Assembly: GCA_946965045.2 (NCBI GenBank)
Contig: OX337233.1
Location: forward strand, 186,001-250,000
Origin: Epithemia pelagica
Lineage: Eukaryota; Protista; Bacillariophyta
DNA: 64,000 bases
Direction of reading: 5' to 3'
The position numbers and the translations under genes are program-made. The number at the start of each line of letters is the position of its first letter. Position 1 is the first letter of the stretch. A model generated the notes under the pieces. That model was given only the letters and a program-made list of their open reading frames with translations, was not told the DNA's origin and ran no database searches. This document shows, piece by piece, positions 57,994-64,000 of the stretch.

Positions 57994-60148
57994 GGTTCTT
58001 AACGTTTTGACCGCAGAATTTATGTGGAGTGCGTTTGCGGCTGTTGCGAGAGAGAATATAATAGAAGCATCAGGATTCTTAGAATACACGTGGAAGCTCT
58101 GGAGCCCAAATAGCGTCTGTCGTACGTACGATATCGCACATTGAACAAACGATGGACAACATCCGAAAGAACAAGGCGTCAAAGCATCCTCATGTCTTTC
58201 GTTGACTAGCATAAGGAATTTGGGCAAAAGACATTGTTCCATCCGAAAGCCATGTTACATGTTACATCAAAACGACCGACAGCCTTTTATAGAGCCAAAC
58301 CAGATGAGGACCCCACTGTCACGACAACAAAAAAAGAAACCAGCCTTCGGAATGAACAAGGCCAATTGTGGACGGGTGCATCTGCGGATGGGTCAGGAAT
58401 GTACAGGATTGGAACAAGCCTCGAGTGTGGTCAACAGTCACTCAGCTGTGGTAGAACAACGAGTGGTACAACAACCACCACCAGTCAAGCTTTTCCCTGG
58501 CTTCATCAAGCAACCATGATGACTAGCATGATGACGACGACTGCAGCCCTGCCTCAAGACAATAGCAGCAGGACCTTGAAGAGACAATGACAAAGTCTCA
58601 ACGTCCCACATTGTGGCACGATTGAATGCCACTCAAGACCTTGCGACAGTTGGGAATTGGGATGCTACGCCGCTTGGCCAATATCTCACATTGCGTAGTC
58701 GAATTGGTCAGGTTCCACCGCGCGGTTTGGTGTTCTGACGGACAATCATCACTTGACCTTTGAGTTTGCCGTGTTCCAGGTAAAACGTCTCGCTGACCTG
58801 ACGTCCGATTTGGCCGTGGTGCACATGTCCGATTCTTGGTGGGTGTTGAATTCCACATACTGGTTGTTCAGGCAGTCTCACACCACAAGGTTTCCCAGAC
58901 TTTTACTTACCCACAACCCTTTTTGCCATTGACGTCCGAACCATCGAGCCCTGTTCCGACCACATTCTCCTCAAGGCAAGAAAACAATCAACCGTTGCCA
59001 CAGCAAACGCTCACCGTCATGGATACTTGGTTCGATCAGGTATAGCTCCGGGCATGTACACGAATTTCGCCATTCCGACTGCGACGAGCAAAACCATTCG
59101 ACCACAACCGCCTCGGGCGACTCGTGTTCCAACACCAACAACCATTCATACGGTGTGGGTGGCAAGGCTTCCATAATGGCCAAGACATGATCGGCGGCAT
59201 TCGTTGTCGTGGTTGTGTTGTTGGTGCTGCTGCTGAGTTCGGTACGAGGCACAAAGGATGTAGTGATCAAGGTCCAACACTGCTGTTCGACAGCGTTGTT
59301 GTCGTGCAACAAGGTTTCGGTGGAACTGGCATTGAGGGGCAAGACATCGCGATGGGGAGCGGCATGTTTCCAGGCATGAGCAATTGAACGAGCAATGCTG
59401 CGACAGAAAGTAGTGGTGGGGGGAGGTGTCCTGTCTGTCTCGTCGCAACGTCGAGACTCGATTCCTTGTTGTCGTTCTGGTCCATTGCGACAATTGGGAC
59501 GACCCTCGATCTGATTTGGTGGGTTCCTCTTGGACTCGTCATCTTCATTGGGCCATTCCGGCTTGACATCACATGACAAGTGCAGCAACGTATTGCGATT
59601 CACATGCAACAGCAACTAGAAGAAGGCATTGCGATTGGAGCGGTGACTCCTCCGAAAGGGACAACCTGCTCTTGACCAAAATGTCGGAATTGGATATGAG
59701 ATGGTCCTCCCTCCTTACTTCCATCCAAAGTCGACCCATTGTCATCTTTCGAGGAAGAACCATTCGAAGCGGACAACATCAGGTCCAACAAGGTTTCGCC
59801 TTGGTGTGCTTCTGTTCCTGCTCCTCTCATTGGTTGTTCCACAGCTACCATTCCATGGACCACGCTGTGTTATGTAGAGTGCCATGATGCCACCAAGAAG
59901 TACCCGATTCTAGTCTCACGACTACACAGCCACGGTGGTGGCACTGTCCCACAACTGACAGGAAACAGGTAATGGCCGAAGCGCAGTACCACTTTTAGAG
60001 ATATAAAAGTGGGATCGATCCTTCCATAACAAACAAGCACCTTCTTTCTTGCAACATGTTCTTTCTACTTTTGAGTAAACACTTAATACTAGGTTCTAGT
60101 ATTGCAATCGAATGTAGAAAACAAGTCAACCACCAGAGAAATAAACGG

Positions 60149-61348
60149 CTAGGCTTCATCCGCCCCTTCATCACCACTTTGAGTATTCGACCTTGCGCAT
60201 TGACGTGCTGATGCCAATGTCAAGATATCAGCATCTCGGATACCTATACCTTCAAGAGAATGATACCATCCGTTCGATTGTTGCTCACAGAGTCGACGAA
60301 AACACCACGTATTCTTGTCCAGTAGTGGTAATGTTGCACAGGTAGGATTGCGCCATCCACCAATCACGGCAATTTGATTGGCAGCGGTCCCCATAGTACA
60401 ACCATTGTGGTAGTTAGTGAATGGTCGGAGATTCCACACACGGTTGCGGCGCGTATCCAACACTTCCACAGATGATTCGAATCCTCCCGTCACAACCAGA
60501 CAGGATCCCATCGCAACCATTGCACAAGATCTTCGTGCATTGGAAAGCCTCAACTCCGAATGATTGGTCCAGGTGGGTGAGAAAGAAATGAACGTCAAGC
60601 CAGTTTCCTTTTTTGTCTCAACACTGTCACAGGGTGTTGTGTCGTCCAAATACTCCACCGAGTCAAGATTGCCATGCTCATTACGGCCTCCAACGACAAA
60701 GATACGGTGCCCAATGACCGCACTGGAACAGCATGCTCGTGGAAGATTCATGGATGGTCCAGCAGCGACAATGTGATTGTTGGTATCAATAATATCCACT
60801 GACGACAAATAGCAATCGTTGTAATAGCCACCCATTACAACGATGTATCGGTTGTGAACCGCAACAGCACAACATCCTGATCGTCTCGTTGATAAGCGAC
60901 ATGTCAATGTTGTCCAATGGCTCTTCTTCGAGCTGCTTGATGTCGAAGATGGTTGGAGCAAATCGGTGGCATTAATTTGTTCGATACAATCCAAACTTGA
61001 ATATCTATTAGTGTATCCTCCCATCACGTAGACCCCTCTATTGCACACAACAGCAGCATGTTTATAACGACTCTTGTTCATGGATGGCCCTTCTCGCCAG
61101 TTCTTGTCCGGCGTTGCTAAATTGAGTACAAGAACTGAATCGAGCTCGCCTTGACCTGCTCGGTATCCACCCAACACGACGACGGTTTGTCTGTTGTTGT
61201 CCGCACCGAGATGATTTAGCACGACCGATGTATGATACTCTCGCAATCCACCCTCAAGCGGAGGCAAGTCCTCGAAATTCCACTCGGGTGTCTTGTCGGA
61301 AAGGACAAGGCCTGACAGCCATGCTCGTTCTTTCAGTGTTGTGGTCAT
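60149..61348 (-). CDS. Kelch-repeat protein K9 (399 aa, intact)
   Basis: Uninterrupted Kelch ORF from MTTTLKERAW. Confidence 0.92.
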   Translation of the reverse strand: MTTTLKERAWLSGLVLSDKTPEWNFEDLPPLEGGLREYHTSVVLNHLGADNNRQTVVVLGGYRAGQGELDSVLVLNLATPDKNWREGPSMNKSRYKHAAVVCNRGVYVMGGYTNRYSSLDCIEQINATDLLQPSSTSSSSKKSHWTTLTCRLSTRRSGCCAVAVHNRYIVVMGGYYNDCYLSSVDIIDTNNHIVAAGPSMNLPRACCSSAVIGHRIFVVGGRNEHGNLDSVEYLDDTTPCDSVETKKETGLTFISFSPTWTNHSELRLSNARRSCAMVAMGSCLVVTGGFESSVEVLDTRRNRVWNLRPFTNYHNGCTMGTAANQIAVIGGWRNPTCATLPLLDKNTWCFRRLCEQQSNGWYHSLEGIGIRDADILTLASARQCARSNTQSGDEGADEA

Positions 61349-64000
61349 GGTTGCAAACGTTTCGACTACAGAATTTATGATGATCGAGACACTGTCTTGT
61401 AAGAGGCAGGTAGGTTTGCTCTGCTGTTGTGATTGTGATGGGTGCGGACTGGAAGCACGACTGACTTGACGAAATGGATGGACAGGAGCTTTCGGCACGA
61501 GACAAATCGTGACCGTAGCCACGCAATGAAGAAGATCACCCATTCCTGTTCTGAGTACCGTGGAAGTGTTGGAATGCGTCGTCCGAGTAGTTCACAGTGC
61601 ATCGTGGTGCCTCTCGCAAAGAATCCCAGCAATACGTCTCTCGTTTCCGTCATTGTCGGAGCTTTGCCAAACGCCCTTGGGAACTAGCATATTACAACAG
61701 TAGGGCATGTGCGTGCTCCTCCATCATCCTTTCGACTTGCAGAACCCAATGGCTGGATGGACAGTGCCTGCACCAAGGTTTGTTTCCAATCTCCTCTAGT
61801 AGTAGAACTGCAATTTGTTGGCGGGTGCCAACAAGAAGAGGTGGCCACCATGTGGCTTTGCGGACCAAGTGGAACGTTTCTGTAGTATTCTTTTCCAAGA
61901 ACAAGAAGAAACATGACGAAAAAGGGACAATCCAGTTGCTGCAGGCCTTGAAGCGTAAGCGGAGAATGCCCCGTAACAGTGATGAAGGTGATGTTTTGTT
62001 GTTGTTTGTTGAATGCTCCTCAGTCTGTCTGGTTGTTGGTTCCTTACGCATACCGAGTCGATGAGAAGTAACGACATTGCCCACAGGCCGTGGATCTTAT
62101 CGACACGTTCAAAGTCGTGCAAGGCACACTGTCGCAATGCCCCCAACGGATTCAGGGTGCCGGTTGTCGTGGTTTTGGGTGTTTTCTGGTCGACCCGCTG
62201 TAAGGGCCGCATCGACGTTGAATGGATTCCTCGTTGCCGTCTGGGTTTTCTTGCTGTGGAGGTACAAGGACTCAAAGGGTGTTTTCCACACCAACGTGGT
62301 GGCATAGCCCTGGAACTCGACCTCATTGTTGTCTGTCACAGGTTCCAATTCGGCGTCATCCTACAAGACTTGATTGATGTGACGATGCAATTGTCGGGCC
62401 AGACCGGCCAGCGTGTCGTTCGAAAAGGCCGATCGGTCGGCAAATCGATCCCAGGATGCTGTCGTTGTTGTAAAGCGTCGACCGTGTGCAGCGTGCAGGT
62501 GCAGCGGTCGACCGTGTGTTGTTGTTATTAGTTCTCCACGCTGTAAAATGCCTAGCGGTTTGAATACCTTTTACTCTGCAAAAGATTGTAGGTACAGGAC
62601 CTCGATATCTAGTGATTGAGTAGTTAGATGACCAAAAGCACGACACATATGCGACCCGACTCCTCACCCCCGCTGGGGACTACTCCGTCGCATCGACCAC
62701 GATGACGGCGAAGATGAGGACGGCGACGACTTGACCTTATCAATCAATTTCACCAACATGTCTCTTCAAGAAGCGATGATTGAGGACAACAACCATGAAG
62801 TGGCCTTCTTCAATCCGTGACAATTGAATTGCGAGGCCCAGGATCAGTCCCAACATTGGGAAACAATGGCGGTTGCCAACATAGATCGAGGAGCGCAGGA
62901 GAGTTTGCATGGACCCTCAAGTTCGAATCGCTCCAATCTACGGACAGCAAATCTTCGCAAAAAGATGCGACAACTCTCGATGGATCGTCATTCTTGCCAA
63001 ATGACACCCAATGGTGGCTGCTCCGTGGCACTGCGATTACCTTGGTGGTCTATGTGGCCTTTTACTCGGCTCGATCAAATGTTTGAAGCTATGTGGGCAT
63101 TGTCGAGGATTTCATGTACAAGGGTCATTGGTGCAATCGTCATTTGAATCGACACGGTTACGTCATGCATCCGACACGGGAGAATCAACAGGTGAAGAAT
63201 CGATTATGGGAAAGGGTCCCATCGCCCTTCCACATCGACCAGACGAAGATTCGCAACACCAAGAACCAGAATCCAACGAAGAAGAACAAGAACAAGTTCT
63301 ATTAGACGACAGCCAAGACATGATCGGCGCCATTCGTGGTCGTGGTTTTGTTGTTGATACTGCTGAGTTCGGTACGATGCTTAAATGCGGTAGTGATCGA
63401 AGTCCAACACTGCTGCTCGACAGTGTTATAATCTTGCAACAAGGTTTGGCGGAACTGTCATTGAGGGGCAAGACATCGCGATGGGGAGCAGCTTGTTTCC
63501 AGGCATTAGCATTCGAACGAGCAATAGTGCGACAGGGAATAGCGGTGGTGGAGGTTTCCTGATTCGTTGTCGTTGTCGTCGCCGCCGTCAATGCTCCGAC
63601 TTCCAAGATGGAATTGAACACAGCCGGTTCCACGGCAATGGTGCCGTCAGCAGTTTCGTCCAATTGAGGTACTTCTTCATTTGTGGCTGCGTTCGTAGTT
63701 CGGAAGGTTGTGGTGTGGCAACGACGAGACTCGATTCCGTGTTGCCGTTCGGTCCATTGCGAGCAAATTACCGACCTCATGATATAGAATAGTTGCTGTA
63801 TTGGAGGAAATATCGAACACGTCGGTGCGAAAAATTCCAAAGGATTCGCAATTGTCCTGTCACCCAAAACCGCCACGAGCATCGAAAGACGGGGTACTGC
63901 CCTCTTACGCAGGCATTAGCCATAGAAGGACAATCCCCACACAATTAAACGCATGGTCGGAACGAAGATGACCGTCCAAATAAGTCGCTGCGCCATGTTG

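Larger units (their letters stand above)
54190..58590 (+). repeat. Segmental duplication, copy B (paralog of 790-8400, lacking the RecQ element)
   Basis: Many identical track ORFs are shared with copy A, e.g. 4767-5021 with 55075-55329, and 4820-5173 with 55128-55481. Confidence 0.9.

Noticed and set aside
1-64000. CRISPR array, rRNA or prokaryotic defence operon
   Set aside because: There are no regularly spaced short repeats with unique spacers, no rRNA-like sequence and no operon or Shine-Dalgarno organisation. The content is eukaryotic.

Overview
This window is eukaryotic genomic DNA, most likely from a diatom or related stramenopile (inferred from the retroelement types and protein style). 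It is a tandem birth-and-death array of about 400-aa stand-alone Kelch beta-propeller genes, all on the minus strand. There are 10 copies (5 intact, 4 disrupted, 1 cut by the window edge) plus 2 C-terminal fragments, set in a patchwork of duplicated spacer modules. In the middle of the array, on the opposite strand, is a single-copy locus encoding RNI-like LRRs, a helical region and a TIR domain that keeps the catalytic Glu. Five Kelch copies lie on each side. The Kelch paralogs have a conserved frame, hypervariable loops after the GG motifs and mosaic segment sharing, so the locus resembles a diversifying sensor array with a TIR effector (inference). Inserted elements: (1) a 3.06-kb TIR element carrying a truncated RecQ-like helicase, nested in a ~100-bp MITE; (2) a full-length 8.2-kb APE-RT-RNase H LINE broken only by a 35-bp tandem duplication; (3) an intact-looking 7.4-kb two-ORF CRE-like RT-RLE retrotransposon; (4) a 1.7-kb non-autonomous element with perfect 44-bp TIRs and a TA duplication. 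No rRNA, tRNA or CRISPR array could be supported.
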